In this document: positions 1-9,780 of the stretch, in pieces
Numbering within the stretch: position 1 is the stretch's first letter
How the letters are laid out: the number at the start of each line of letters is the position of its first letter
Source of the DNA: Candidatus Poribacteria bacterium
GTDB lineage: Bacteria; Poribacteria; WGA-4E; WGA-3G
Length of the DNA stretch: 64,000 nt
Direction of reading: 5' to 3'
NCBI GenBank assembly: GCA_965242965.1
Contig: OZ251518.1
Coordinates: 4,448,001 to 4,512,000 of the forward strand
Translations under genes and position numbers: made by a program
The notes under the pieces: model-generated
What the model was told of the DNA's origin: nothing
Databases searched by the model: none
What the model saw: the letters and a program-made list of their open reading frames with translations, nothing else

Positions 1-54
1 CGGCTCTCCCCGCAGGAGGTTGCCGAACGACTAAGGACAGACGATGCAACGTAG
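1..54 (+). CDS. 3' end of upstream gene (RLSPQEVAERLRTDDAT*), possibly proteasome alpha subunit
   Basis: Open frame from base 1 to TAG at 52-54, overlapping the pafA start; identity inferred only from the usual prcA-pafA gene order. Confidence 0.25.
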   Translation, partial: RLSPQEVAERLRTDDAT

Positions 55-1438
55 AATTTATGGGTTGGAGACAGAATTCGGCATTATATGGACACCGGAT
101 GAAGGACGCGCCAAACGGCTCACCGTCCAAAATACCGTGATGTATCTCTTCCGCGAAATTGTCGCCGGGCGAAACTATCCTGATGTCTTTCTAGAAAATG
201 GGGCGCGGTTTTACCAAGACATCGGATGCCATCCGGAATACGCGACACCGGAATGCGATGATGTCGCCGAACTCGTCGCACACGACAAAGCTGGCGAGCG
301 CATCATCACGCGGCTCGCCAGCACCGCGGAACGGCGCATGCGGAACGATGGCTTCCGGGGGAAAATCTCCATTTTCAAAAACAATCTGGATACCTCCGGG
401 AATACCTACGGATGCCACGAGAACTACTTGATGGAGCGGCACATTAACTTCCGGCAACTGGCGGCGCAGCTCATCCCCTTTTTTGTCACACGGCAAATTT
501 TTGCAGGGGCAGGTAAAATCACGTTGAATCACCGCCAATTTACCGGAAAGTCGAGCGCGAAGGCCCTCTCGGAAATCTATGCTATCTCGCAGCGCGCCGA
601 ACATATCCGCGAAGAGATTTCCATCGCTACGACGACAGCACGCGGTATCATCAACACGCGCGATGAACCGCACGCCAACCGGGAGAAATACCGCCGGTTA
701 CACGTCATCGTTGGCGATTCCAACATGTCCGAATTTTCGACTTTCTTGAAAGTAGGCACGACGGGTATCGTCCTCCGCATGATAGAGGATAACTTCATTC
801 GGAAGCCGTTCACACTCCGAAAACCGGTGGAGGCTATCCGGCAAATTTCCGACGACACCACCTGCACACGGCAGGTGGAAATGGAAAACGGGAAGTGCCT
901 CTCTGCCGTTGAACTCCAGTGGGAGTATCTGGAGTGTGCGAAGCGTTACCTTGAACAAGCCGATTCCGATCCGACTACTGAACAGGTGATGGCGCGGTGG
1001 GAATACGTGCTTACCTGCCTTGAGAAGGATCCGATGCAGTTAGAACGCGAGGTTGACTGGGTGATAAAGTGGAAGTGGCTGCAAACTTACGCCGCGAAGC
1101 GTTCCTTGAAATGGAGTTCGCCGGAGATTCGGCTGCTGGATCTGAAGTATCACAACGTTCGTCCGGAGTCGAGTCTCTACTATACTCTTGAAGAACGGGA
1201 TGAACTTGAACGGATTGTTGACAATGAGCAGATTCGCCACGCGGAGCATTATCCGCCGAAAGGGACCCGGGCCAAATTCCGCGGCAAGTTTATCAAGAAA
1301 ATCAACGAAGGGAAGATGCTCGGCGGTGTCAATTGGAGTTACATCCATATTTATGAGCCGCACCAAATCCTCTATCTCTCCGAAGACCCGTTTAAACCCG
1401 AGTTTGATGAGGCGAGTCGGACAGTTTATTCCATTTAA
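44..1438 (+). CDS. pafA: Pup/UBact-protein ligase PafA family
   Basis: RRIYGLETEFG, NGARFYQDIGCHPEYATPEC, GNTYGCHENYL, RGIINTRDEPHA, RRLHVIVGDSNMSE motifs. Confidence 0.9.
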   Translation: MQRRIYGLETEFGIIWTPDEGRAKRLTVQNTVMYLFREIVAGRNYPDVFLENGARFYQDIGCHPEYATPECDDVAELVAHDKAGERIITRLASTAERRMRNDGFRGKISIFKNNLDTSGNTYGCHENYLMERHINFRQLAAQLIPFFVTRQIFAGAGKITLNHRQFTGKSSAKALSEIYAISQRAEHIREEISIATTTARGIINTRDEPHANREKYRRLHVIVGDSNMSEFSTFLKVGTTGIVLRMIEDNFIRKPFTLRKPVEAIRQISDDTTCTRQVEMENGKCLSAVELQWEYLECAKRYLEQADSDPTTEQVMARWEYVLTCLEKDPMQLEREVDWVIKWKWLQTYAAKRSLKWSSPEIRLLDLKYHNVRPESSLYYTLEERDELERIVDNEQIRHAEHYPPKGTRAKFRGKFIKKINEGKMLGGVNWSYIHIYEPHQILYLSEDPFKPEFDEASRTVYSI

Positions 1439-1504
1439 CCGCCGATACATTCATTTTGCGCGTTTCCAAGCGCGCACCTGTCTTACCACGAAGGAGGCTT
1501 TTTG

Positions 1505-4135
1505 ATGACACAACCGAAGTATGTTTACTTCTTTGGTGCCGGTGAAGGGGAGGGCGATGCAACGATGCGGCTCCACCTCGGCGGCAAAGGAGCGAACCTT
1601 GCAGAAATGACGAACCTCGGCGTTCCAGTGCCACCCGGCTTTACTATTGCGACTGAGGTTTGCAAACTATACTACGAAAACGAGAAGCAGTATCCAGCCG
1701 GATTGGATGCGCAGATTGACGAGAACCTGCAGAAAGTGGAAAACGCGATGAACGCCAAGTTCGGCGACGCGGAGAACCCGCTGCTCCTTTCTGTCCGTTC
1801 CGGTGCCGCTGTCTCAATGCCGGGGATGATGGATACTATCCTGAACCTCGGGCTGAACGATGACACGGTGAAGGGGCTCATCGCGCGTTCTGAGAACGAA
1901 CGCTTCGCTTACGATGCGTATCGCCGCTTCGTTCAGATGTTCGGCAATGTCGTGCTCCGGGTAGCGCACGACGAATTTGAGCATCTGCTTGAAGCGCGGA
2001 AGAAAGCGAAGGGTGTGACGTTGGATACGGAACTGGATGCCGCCGATTTGCTGGCTCTCGTTCACGAATTCAAACAGATTACTAAACGGAAGACCGGGGA
2101 CGATTTCCCGGATGAGCCGCGGCAGCAATTGGATATGGCACGTGACGCGGTGTTTGAGTCCTCAGGCAATCCGCGCGCTATCACGTATCGCCGCCTCAAC
2201 GACATTTCCGAGGAGCTCGGCCGCACCGCTGTCAATGTCCAAGCGATGGTATTCGGGAATATGGGCGGCAGTTCTGGCACAGGTGTCGCCTTCACGCGCA
2301 ACCCCTCTACCGGCGCGAACGTGTTTTACGGGGAATTTTTGATGAACGCGCAAGGCGAAGACGTTGTCGCCGGCATTCGCACCCCGCTCCCTATCGCTGA
2401 ATTGCAGAATCTCTCGCCGGCTGCTTATACGCAGTTAGTGGACATCGGCCAGCGGCTTGAGAAGCACTACCGCGATATGCAAGATGTTGAGTTCACGATT
2501 CAAGATGGACAGCTCTTCATGCTCCAGACGCGGAATGGGAAACGGACTGGGCAGGCCGCTGTCCGTATCGCCGTGGAGATGGTAGAGGAAGGCTTGATTG
2601 ACAAAAACACCGCGCTCACCCGAGTGCCGGCTGGAGACTTGGATCAGCTCCTGCATCCGCGCGTTAACCCGAATGCTACTGTTGAGGTTATCGCGCAGGG
2701 GTTACCTGCTTCGCCCGGTGCGGCTGTTGGCAAAGTCGTCTTCACGGCGACACGTGCGGAAGAGCGCGCCGCTGCCGGTGAAAAAGTGATTCTGGTGCGC
2801 GCTGAAACCTCGCCGGAGGATATCGGTGGGATGGATGCTGCGGAAGGTATCCTCACCGCCCGCGGGGGTATGACGAGCCACGCCGCTGTCGTCGCGCGTG
2901 GGATGGGGAAATGTTGTGTCGCTGGCTGCGGTTCCCTCTTCATCCACGAAGACGCGCGCGAGTTTTACGCCCAAGGGAAACGTTACGCCGAGGGCGATTA
3001 CATCACGTTGAACGGCTCCACAGGCGATGTACTGAGCGGCCAGGTAGCTCTTATTCAGCCTGAATTGAGTGGACAGTTCGGCACACTCATGGAATGGGCA
3101 GATGAGGTTCGCAAGTTGGATGTCCGCACGAACGCGGATACGCCGGAGGATGCAGAAAACGCTAGAGGATTTGGCGCGGAGGGTATTGGGCTCTGCCGCA
3201 CCGAGCACATGTTCTTCGGCACCGGCATTGACGCGGTGCGCGAGATGATCCTCGCTGACAGCACGGATGAGCGTGAACAAGCTCTTGCGAAGTTGCTACC
3301 GCACCAGAAGTCCGATTTTATCGGTATTTTTGAAGCAATGGCGGGTTATCCCGTGACTATCCGCACGCTGGATCCGCCGCTGCACGAATTCCTGCCGAAA
3401 ACGGAGACAGAAATCAATGAACTCGCGGAACGTCTCGGTGTCTCCGCGCAGAAACTGCGTGAGCGCGTTGAGGAGTTGCACGAATTTAACCCGATGCTGG
3501 GACATCGCGGTTGCAGGCTCGGCATTGTGTATCCGGAGATAACCGTGATGCAGGCGCGCGCCATCTTTGAAGCCGCGGTAGATGTCGCGCAACGCGGGAT
3601 TCAGGTATTGCCGGAGATTATGATTCCGCTCGTCGGGCATATCAACGAATTCTCCTTGCAGCGCAAGGTAGTCGTTGATACGGCGAAGACTGTCTTTGAA
3701 GAGGCGGGTATTCACATTGAATTTCTCGTCGGCACGATGATTGAGCTGCCGCGCGCCGCTATCACTGCAGACAAAATCGCCGGAGAGGCGGAGTTCTTCT
3801 CCTACGGCACGAATGATCTGACGCAGACGACGTTCGGGATGAGCCGCGATGACGCGGAGAAATTCCTCGGTGAGTATGTCGCAAACGGTGTGCTGGAGTA
3901 TGATCCGTTCCAAGTTCTAGACCAGGGTGGTGTCGGGGTTCTCCTGCAGATCGGGACTGAGAAGGGACGCGCAACGCGCCCCGAGCTCAAAGTCGGCATC
4001 TGTGGCGAACACGGCGGCGAACCGCACTCTGTGAAGTTCTGCCACGGGTTAGAGTTCAATTACGTATCCTGTTCGCCGTTCCGCGTGCCGATTGCACGTC
4101 TTGCGGCGGCGCAGGCGGTAATTGAAGAGGAATAG
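1505..4135 (+). CDS. ppdK: Pyruvate, phosphate dikinase
   Basis: LGGKGANLAEM, SVRSGAAVSMPGMMDT, GGMTSHAAVVARG phospho-His motif, GICGEHGG; AAGGAGG RBS. Confidence 0.97.
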   Translation: MTQPKYVYFFGAGEGEGDATMRLHLGGKGANLAEMTNLGVPVPPGFTIATEVCKLYYENEKQYPAGLDAQIDENLQKVENAMNAKFGDAENPLLLSVRSGAAVSMPGMMDTILNLGLNDDTVKGLIARSENERFAYDAYRRFVQMFGNVVLRVAHDEFEHLLEARKKAKGVTLDTELDAADLLALVHEFKQITKRKTGDDFPDEPRQQLDMARDAVFESSGNPRAITYRRLNDISEELGRTAVNVQAMVFGNMGGSSGTGVAFTRNPSTGANVFYGEFLMNAQGEDVVAGIRTPLPIAELQNLSPAAYTQLVDIGQRLEKHYRDMQDVEFTIQDGQLFMLQTRNGKRTGQAAVRIAVEMVEEGLIDKNTALTRVPAGDLDQLLHPRVNPNATVEVIAQGLPASPGAAVGKVVFTATRAEERAAAGEKVILVRAETSPEDIGGMDAAEGILTARGGMTSHAAVVARGMGKCCVAGCGSLFIHEDAREFYAQGKRYAEGDYITLNGSTGDVLSGQVALIQPELSGQFGTLMEWADEVRKLDVRTNADTPEDAENARGFGAEGIGLCRTEHMFFGTGIDAVREMILADSTDEREQALAKLLPHQKSDFIGIFEAMAGYPVTIRTLDPPLHEFLPKTETEINELAERLGVSAQKLRERVEELHEFNPMLGHRGCRLGIVYPEITVMQARAIFEAAVDVAQRGIQVLPEIMIPLVGHINEFSLQRKVVVDTAKTVFEEAGIHIEFLVGTMIELPRAAITADKIAGEAEFFSYGTNDLTQTTFGMSRDDAEKFLGEYVANGVLEYDPFQVLDQGGVGVLLQIGTEKGRATRPELKVGICGEHGGEPHSVKFCHGLEFNYVSCSPFRVPIARLAAAQAVIEEE

Positions 4136-4147
4136 GTGATGCGTTCT

Positions 4148-4176
4148 GGTAGGCGCGCTTTGAAGGCGCGCCTACC
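4148..4176 (+). terminator. Hairpin after ppdK (GGTAGGCGCGC-N7-GCGCGCCTACC), terminator or REP-like
   Basis: Perfect 11-bp stem just after the stop; GTAG-headed; no clear U tract. Confidence 0.5.
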
Positions 4177-4199
4177 GAATATAATGGAGGGATGAGAAC

Positions 4200-4799
4200 A
4201 TGCATGCCCAAGAAATCAGCGCGCCGCTCGCCGGTGCCTATCCACCTCCACCGCTCGTGCCGAAGGGTGTACCGACGACACCTGTCACGATGACGTTGGA
4301 AGAATTCCTCGCCAGCGATTTGGAGGGATACGAATACATTGAAGGAGAATTAATACCGAGAATGCCTACCTCAATGAAACACGGCACGGTTAGCATCCAA
4401 CTCAGTTCGCGCTTATTTCAGCACGTTCATGAGAATCAGTTGGGGAATGTCTATCCGGCATCCACAGGGTTCCACGTCGGGGAACGGATGCTCATTCCGG
4501 ATATTGCGTTTCTGTCCAAGGCACGCATCCCCGATGACGCAAATAAGGCATCTCCAATTCCACCAGACCTCGCCGTGGAGGTAGTTTCTCCGACAGACAT
4601 GTTGGACCGGATTGTGTCAAAGGCGTTTGCGTATCTGGCAGCCGGCACACAGCTGGTATGGGTTATTGAACCGAAGTCAGAAACGGTGCTGGTGTATCGT
4701 TCGGAAACCGATATCAAGTTGCTGACGCGAAACGACACGCTCACCGGTGAAGATGTCGTGGAAGGGTTTTCTTGCCCCGTGGCAGAACTTTTTGCCTAG
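4200..4799 (+). CDS. Uma2 family (DUF820) PD-(D/E)XK putative endonuclease
   Basis: YEYIEGEL, PDIAF, PDLAVEVVSP, VWVIEP motifs. Confidence 0.88.
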   Translation: MHAQEISAPLAGAYPPPPLVPKGVPTTPVTMTLEEFLASDLEGYEYIEGELIPRMPTSMKHGTVSIQLSSRLFQHVHENQLGNVYPASTGFHVGERMLIPDIAFLSKARIPDDANKASPIPPDLAVEVVSPTDMLDRIVSKAFAYLAAGTQLVWVIEPKSETVLVYRSETDIKLLTRNDTLTGEDVVEGFSCPVAELFA

Positions 4800-4833
4800 T
4801 TCCAAAATCAACGCATTACGGAGGGATAAGAAG

Positions 4834-5430
4834 ATGCATGCACAAGAAATCAGCGCGCCGCTTGCCGGTGCCTCTCCACCTCCACCGCTCGTGCCGAAGG
4901 GTGCACCAACGACACCTGTCGCGATGACGTTGGAAGAATTCCTCGAAAGCGATTTGGAGGGATACGAATACATTGAAGGAAAATTAATACCGAGAATGCC
5001 TACGTCAATGGAACACGGCACGATTAGCGTCGCCCTCATTTTGTCACTAGGTTCGCACGTTCGTGGCAATCAGTTGGGGGATGTTTATACTGCCGCGGGG
5101 TTCCACGTTGGGGAACGGATGCTCATTCCAGATATTGCGTTTCTGTCCAAAGATCGGATACCCGATGATACAGATAAGGCATCACCAATTCCACCAGACC
5201 TCGCCGTAGAGGTAGTTTCCCCGACAGACGCGTCGGCCCGGATTGAGGAAAAGGCGTTCGCCTACTTGGCAGCTGGCACGCAGCTGGTATGGGTGCTGCG
5301 GCCAAAATCGAAAACTATCCTGGTCTATCGCTCGGAAACCGATATCCAGCTGCTGACACAGAATGACATCCTCACCGGTGAAGATGTCGTGGAAGGGTTT
5401 TCTTGCCCCGTGGCGGCACTTTTTGCATAA
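4834..5430 (+). CDS. Uma2 family putative endonuclease, tandem paralog
   Basis: Closely similar to 4200-4799; GGAGGG RBS before ATG 4834. Confidence 0.88.
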   Translation: MHAQEISAPLAGASPPPPLVPKGAPTTPVAMTLEEFLESDLEGYEYIEGKLIPRMPTSMEHGTISVALILSLGSHVRGNQLGDVYTAAGFHVGERMLIPDIAFLSKDRIPDDTDKASPIPPDLAVEVVSPTDASARIEEKAFAYLAAGTQLVWVLRPKSKTILVYRSETDIQLLTQNDILTGEDVVEGFSCPVAALFA

Positions 5431-5445
5431 CAAGGACACACTATC

Positions 5446-5886
5446 ATGCTTATCGCAGATGTAAACGCAATGGATGGGCGCACTTATCCCGCCCGCCGAA
5501 CAACCAAAAACCTCGTCGGCGGTGCCTCACCTATTCAGATAGACGAATTTTGTATGGGATTCGTCACGCTAGAACCGAACGGCGGACAAGTCCCGTGGCA
5601 CAACCACGAACAAGAGGAGATTTACTTCATCGTTGCAGGCGTAGGTGAAATGTGCCTCGGTGAGGAACGGCAGACGCTCACTGCCGGACAGACTGTCTTC
5701 ATTCCGTCGTGGGTTTTCCACCAGTTGACGAACACCGGTGATACACCGATGCAGATGATTTATTGCTACGGCCCAGCCGGTGATGTCGCGCACTGGAAGC
5801 AAGAGTTAGCTGGAACACTCCCGAAAGCGGGTGTGGACGCGCCGCCGCTCCCGGCAGGCTCGGCACCGCAATGCACGCACCGATAA
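5446..5886 (+). CDS. Cupin domain protein
   Basis: PWHNHEQEEIYF...IPSWVFHQLTN cupin metal motifs. Confidence 0.85.
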   Translation: MLIADVNAMDGRTYPARRTTKNLVGGASPIQIDEFCMGFVTLEPNGGQVPWHNHEQEEIYFIVAGVGEMCLGEERQTLTAGQTVFIPSWVFHQLTNTGDTPMQMIYCYGPAGDVAHWKQELAGTLPKAGVDAPPLPAGSAPQCTHR

Positions 5887-5925
5887 ACGGAACACGCGCT
5901 GCGGCGTGGTATTTTCAAAATTTCC

Positions 5926-5954
5926 TTGACTCCATTTTTCTGTTTTTGTATAAT
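5926..5954 (+). promoter_or_regulatory. Sigma70-like promoter TTGACT-N17-TATAAT
   Basis: Near-consensus boxes with 17-bp spacing upstream of the LamG gene. Confidence 0.7.
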
Positions 5955-6032
5955 GCACATGTCTTTATCGAGAAAGCAGGAAAAGCCTATGCTTTAGGAA
6001 ATCTCGCGGACAACCTCAGCCGGACTATCAGC

Positions 6033-6908
6033 ATGCGATTTATATTCCGTTTTCTTCTGTTGTCTTTATGCTTCTCGGCAACGGAAACGTTTGCTGTTGA
6101 AATACCACCCTCGCCTGCAGGCGGTGGATGGTTCCAAATTTACGCCCCTGGTGACTTTGCTTTTGCCGCCGATCACCGCGACTTTGATATTAACCTGCAA
6201 AAAAATGGATTCACTATTGAAGCGTGGATTTATGTCACCCGGCCTATAAAACCCTTCGTCTGGGCAGAAAACCCGGAGGAACAAAAGTTACAAGACTTAT
6301 GGGTTGTTTTTGAGAAGGCTGGCAGTTATCGGTTGTTCATATTATCAAACCATCGGGCACGCTTTCTCCTATGGGGCCCGGGATTCACACATACCTTTAG
6401 TTTCCCGGGGCATCAGTTGCAAGTGAATCAATGGCACTACGTTGCTGTCATGTTCGCCGAAGACTATTATCAACTTGTTGTTGATAACAGACTTCGGGGT
6501 TCGCTCTATCTGAATGGAAAAGGCCTGCAGGACTTAAACAATACCGATGGCGTGTTCTCTATAGGCGGAGGAAAAGAGCCTCCTAACGGTAACATTGATA
6601 AGAGATGGCTCTGGAATCCCTTTCCTGCCGGGCTGATTGATGAAGTCCGCATTTCAAACATCATCCGTTATCCGAAAGATGAGATAAAAGCGAACGAATG
6701 GAATGATGTCATAGAAATCCCGAAAGTTCGCTATGAAAAAGACGAACACACTATTGCTCTCTGGCATTTTGATTTTGAAAAAATAGGGGATTCCAGATGG
6801 AGTGATGCTAGCGGAAATGGACATCACTTACGCTACAAAGGCGACTATTTGGGGGTTCAACCGCAAAATAAGTTAACGACAATGTGGGGCAAACTCAAAG
6901 GGCGATGA
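6033..6908 (+). CDS. Secreted LamG/concanavalin-like domain protein with C-terminal KLTTMWGKLK tail
   Basis: Signal peptide MRFIFRFLLLSLCF; FTIEAWI, NQWHYVAV, GLIDEVRISN, ALWHFD, DASGNGHH motifs. Confidence 0.8.
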   Translation: MRFIFRFLLLSLCFSATETFAVEIPPSPAGGGWFQIYAPGDFAFAADHRDFDINLQKNGFTIEAWIYVTRPIKPFVWAENPEEQKLQDLWVVFEKAGSYRLFILSNHRARFLLWGPGFTHTFSFPGHQLQVNQWHYVAVMFAEDYYQLVVDNRLRGSLYLNGKGLQDLNNTDGVFSIGGGKEPPNGNIDKRWLWNPFPAGLIDEVRISNIIRYPKDEIKANEWNDVIEIPKVRYEKDEHTIALWHFDFEKIGDSRWSDASGNGHHLRYKGDYLGVQPQNKLTTMWGKLKGR

Positions 6909-6927
6909 GCGCAGATAGCCTAACTGT

Positions 6928-7082
6928 CTTGTAAACCGTGGTCCCCCGCACCAACACGTAGCGCGGGGGCCTGTCCCCCGCGATGCATCGAGAACTTGTA
7001 AACCGTGGCCCCCGCATCAACACGTAGCGCGGGGGCCTGTCCCCCGCGATGCATCAAGCATTTGTAAACCGTGGCCCTCGCA
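6928..7082. repeat. Tandem ~68-bp units carrying the REP GTAGCGCGGGGGCCTGTCCCCCGCG
   Basis: Two full units plus a partial third. Confidence 0.8.
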
Positions 7083-7099
7083 CGCTTGTAAGGATAGAC

Positions 7100-8272
7100 A
7101 TGAAAAATCAGAATCAAAACGTCCACCGCGTCGGCATTATCATGAACGGTGTCACCGGCAGGATGGGCACGAACCAACACCTCCTCCGCTCCATTTTGGC
7201 GATTGTCGAGGAAGGCGGTATCCCACTCGGTAACGGCGAGGTGATTGTCCCAGAGCCAATTCTCGTCGGCAGGAATCCGGCGAAACTTGAAAAGTTATCG
7301 GAGCTCACCGGGGTCGAGAAGTGGAGCACCGATGTGGCCGCTGTCCTCGCCGATGACGCATATCCTGTCTATTTTGACGCGCAGGTTACGTCGCGTCGCG
7401 TGGATGCAGTGCGCACAGCGATTGCAGCGGGCAAGCATATCTATTGCGAAAAACCCACCGCCACGTCAACGGCGGATGCCTACGCGCTCTACGAAGAAGC
7501 AGTAAAGGCGGGAGTCAAAAACGGCGTTGTTCAAGACAAACTCTGGCTCCCCGGGCTCCGCAAACTGAAACGTCTCATTGATGCCGATTTTTTCGGGAAG
7601 ATTATCGCTGTCCGCGGCGAGTTCGGATACTGGGTCTTCCGAGGCGATGCTATTCCAACGCAGCGTCCCTCCTGGAACTACCGTGCAGAAGATGGCGGCG
7701 GCATTATCCTCGATATGTTCAGCCATTGGCGATACGTGCTTGACAACCTATTCGGCGCGGTGAAAAGTGTCTCCTGTTTCGCCGCCACGCATCTGGATAA
7801 GCGGTGGGACGAAGAAAATCAGCCTTACGCTTGCACAGCAGAGGATGCGGCGTATGCGACATTTGAATTGGAGGGCGGCATCGTCGCGCACTTTAATTCG
7901 TCGTGGGCAGTCCGAGTGAGACGCGATGATCTTTTGACAGTCCAAGTAGACGGCTTGAACGGCTCAGCTGTTGCTGGTTTGCGGGAGTGCTGGATTCAGC
8001 CGCTCTCTGCGACACCACGGCCTGTCTGGAATCCGGACATTGAACAGCCGATTCAGTTTTTTGACGGCTGGCTCAAGGTGCCGGAACAGGAAACAGCCGA
8101 TAACGCCTTCAAAGCGCAGTGGGAGTTATTCCTCAAGCATGTCGTAGCCGATGAACCGTTTCCGTGGACACTCCTCGCCGGTGCGAAAGGCGTGCAATTG
8201 GCGGAAAAAGGCATGGAATCGTGGAAAAATCGGCGATGGATGGATTTGCCGGTGTTGCCGCCACTTGATTGA
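7100..8272 (+). CDS. Gfo/Idh/MocA family oxidoreductase
   Basis: NGVTGRMG, HIYCEKP, GGGIILDMFSH. Confidence 0.88.
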   Translation: MKNQNQNVHRVGIIMNGVTGRMGTNQHLLRSILAIVEEGGIPLGNGEVIVPEPILVGRNPAKLEKLSELTGVEKWSTDVAAVLADDAYPVYFDAQVTSRRVDAVRTAIAAGKHIYCEKPTATSTADAYALYEEAVKAGVKNGVVQDKLWLPGLRKLKRLIDADFFGKIIAVRGEFGYWVFRGDAIPTQRPSWNYRAEDGGGIILDMFSHWRYVLDNLFGAVKSVSCFAATHLDKRWDEENQPYACTAEDAAYATFELEGGIVAHFNSSWAVRVRRDDLLTVQVDGLNGSAVAGLRECWIQPLSATPRPVWNPDIEQPIQFFDGWLKVPEQETADNAFKAQWELFLKHVVADEPFPWTLLAGAKGVQLAEKGMESWKNRRWMDLPVLPPLD

Positions 8273-8282
8273 AAAGGAGGCG

Positions 8283-9746
8283 ATGATTATGACAACCCCG
8301 AACGTAACTCTGGAAAAAATTGACGCATACCGCTGGCGCATTCCGAAAAGTCATCAGAAGGGGATGCGCGTTGACGGTATCGTCTATGCCAATGAAAAAC
8401 TGCTGGAACAAGCGAAGAGCGACGAAGCATTGCAGCAAGTCGCAAACGTCGCGCACTTGCCCGGGATTGTCAAGCATTCGCTTGCGATGCCTGATTTGCA
8501 CTGGGGTTACGGCTTCGTCATCGGCGGTGTCGCCGCCACAGACCCGAGTGCTGACGGCGTTGTCTCCCCCGGCGGCATCGGCTACGACATCAATTGCGGC
8601 GTGCGCCTCGTCAGGACAAACCTCAATGTGAAACAGTTAGAAGGCAAGACGAAAGCACTTGTCGGCAAACTGTTTGAAAATGTTCCCTGCGGTGTCGGTT
8701 CTAGCGGCAAAATCCAACTCACGGTGCAGGAAGAACGGCAGATGTTAGAAAAGGGCGCGCTTTGGGCAATTGAGCGCGACTATGGGCACCCGCAAGATTT
8801 ACATTTCACCGAAGCCTCTGGATTTCTCCAACACGCGAACGCCGATGCCGCCAGTCAGCGCGCCTTGGAGCGCGGGAAAAATCAACTCGGCACACTCGGT
8901 TCGGGGAACCACTTCTTAGAAGTCCAATTCGTCGATAGGATTTTCTACCGGGAGGCGGCCGAGGCGATGGGCCTGAGCGAAGGCAATGTCTGTGTCATGA
9001 TTCACACCGGTTCGCGCGGGTTCGGCTATCAGATTTGCGACGAACACGTCAAAAGCTGGGTGAAAGTTGCCGAACGATACGGAATTAACCTGCCAGACCG
9101 GCAGCTCGCCTCTGCGCCGATTAACTCAAAAGAGGGACAAGATTACATCACGGCGATGGCGTGCAGCGCGAACTACGCTTGGAACAATCGGCAGTGCATT
9201 ATGCACCTCGTCCGGCGGACGTTCATGCAGTTTTTGGAGACGACAGAGGATGAACTCGGCTTGGAGCTCGTCTACGATGTGGCGCATAACATCGGGAAGT
9301 TTGAGAAACACACGGTAGATGGCGAGGAACGCGAGTTGTTCGTCCATCGCAAAGGCGCAACGCGTGCCTTCCCCGCGGGACATCCGGAGATTCCGGAAAA
9401 ATATCAGAAAGTCGGACAACCTGTCCTAATTCCCGGCGATATGGGCACTGCGTCTTACGTGCTTGTCGGGAATCCGGGCGCAATGGCGGAGACCTGGGGC
9501 ACCACCTGCCACGGCGCGGGCAGAGTCCTCTCTCGCCGGAAGGCGATAGCGTTGACGAAGGGACGTTCGATTCGCGATGACTTGGAAGCACAAGGCATTT
9601 TCGTGCGCGCCGAAGGCAGACGCACCCTTCAGGAAGAAGTCCCCGAAGCATACAAGGATGTCGATGAAGTCGTCCGCGTCGTGGACGAAGCGGGACTCTC
9701 GCGTCGCGTCGCACGCCTCCGGCCGATTGGCGTTGTGAAGGGATAG
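8283..9746 (+). CDS. rtcB: RNA-splicing ligase RtcB
   Basis: AMPDLHWGYGF, GYDINCG, GSGNHFLE, HTGSRG, HRKGATRA, HGAGR; AAGGAGG RBS. Confidence 0.95.
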   Translation: MIMTTPNVTLEKIDAYRWRIPKSHQKGMRVDGIVYANEKLLEQAKSDEALQQVANVAHLPGIVKHSLAMPDLHWGYGFVIGGVAATDPSADGVVSPGGIGYDINCGVRLVRTNLNVKQLEGKTKALVGKLFENVPCGVGSSGKIQLTVQEERQMLEKGALWAIERDYGHPQDLHFTEASGFLQHANADAASQRALERGKNQLGTLGSGNHFLEVQFVDRIFYREAAEAMGLSEGNVCVMIHTGSRGFGYQICDEHVKSWVKVAERYGINLPDRQLASAPINSKEGQDYITAMACSANYAWNNRQCIMHLVRRTFMQFLETTEDELGLELVYDVAHNIGKFEKHTVDGEERELFVHRKGATRAFPAGHPEIPEKYQKVGQPVLIPGDMGTASYVLVGNPGAMAETWGTTCHGAGRVLSRRKAIALTKGRSIRDDLEAQGIFVRAEGRRTLQEEVPEAYKDVDEVVRVVDEAGLSRRVARLRPIGVVKG

Positions 9747-9780
9747 CGACTATTTCAGCAACGGCAGGGGAGAACGCAAA

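Noticed and set aside
5871-6032. Extended N-termini in the ORF track (5871, 4747, 8151, 17938, 30233, 35770, 61996)
   Set aside because: They overlap neighbouring genes, promoters or repeats; downstream starts with an RBS or signal peptide fit better
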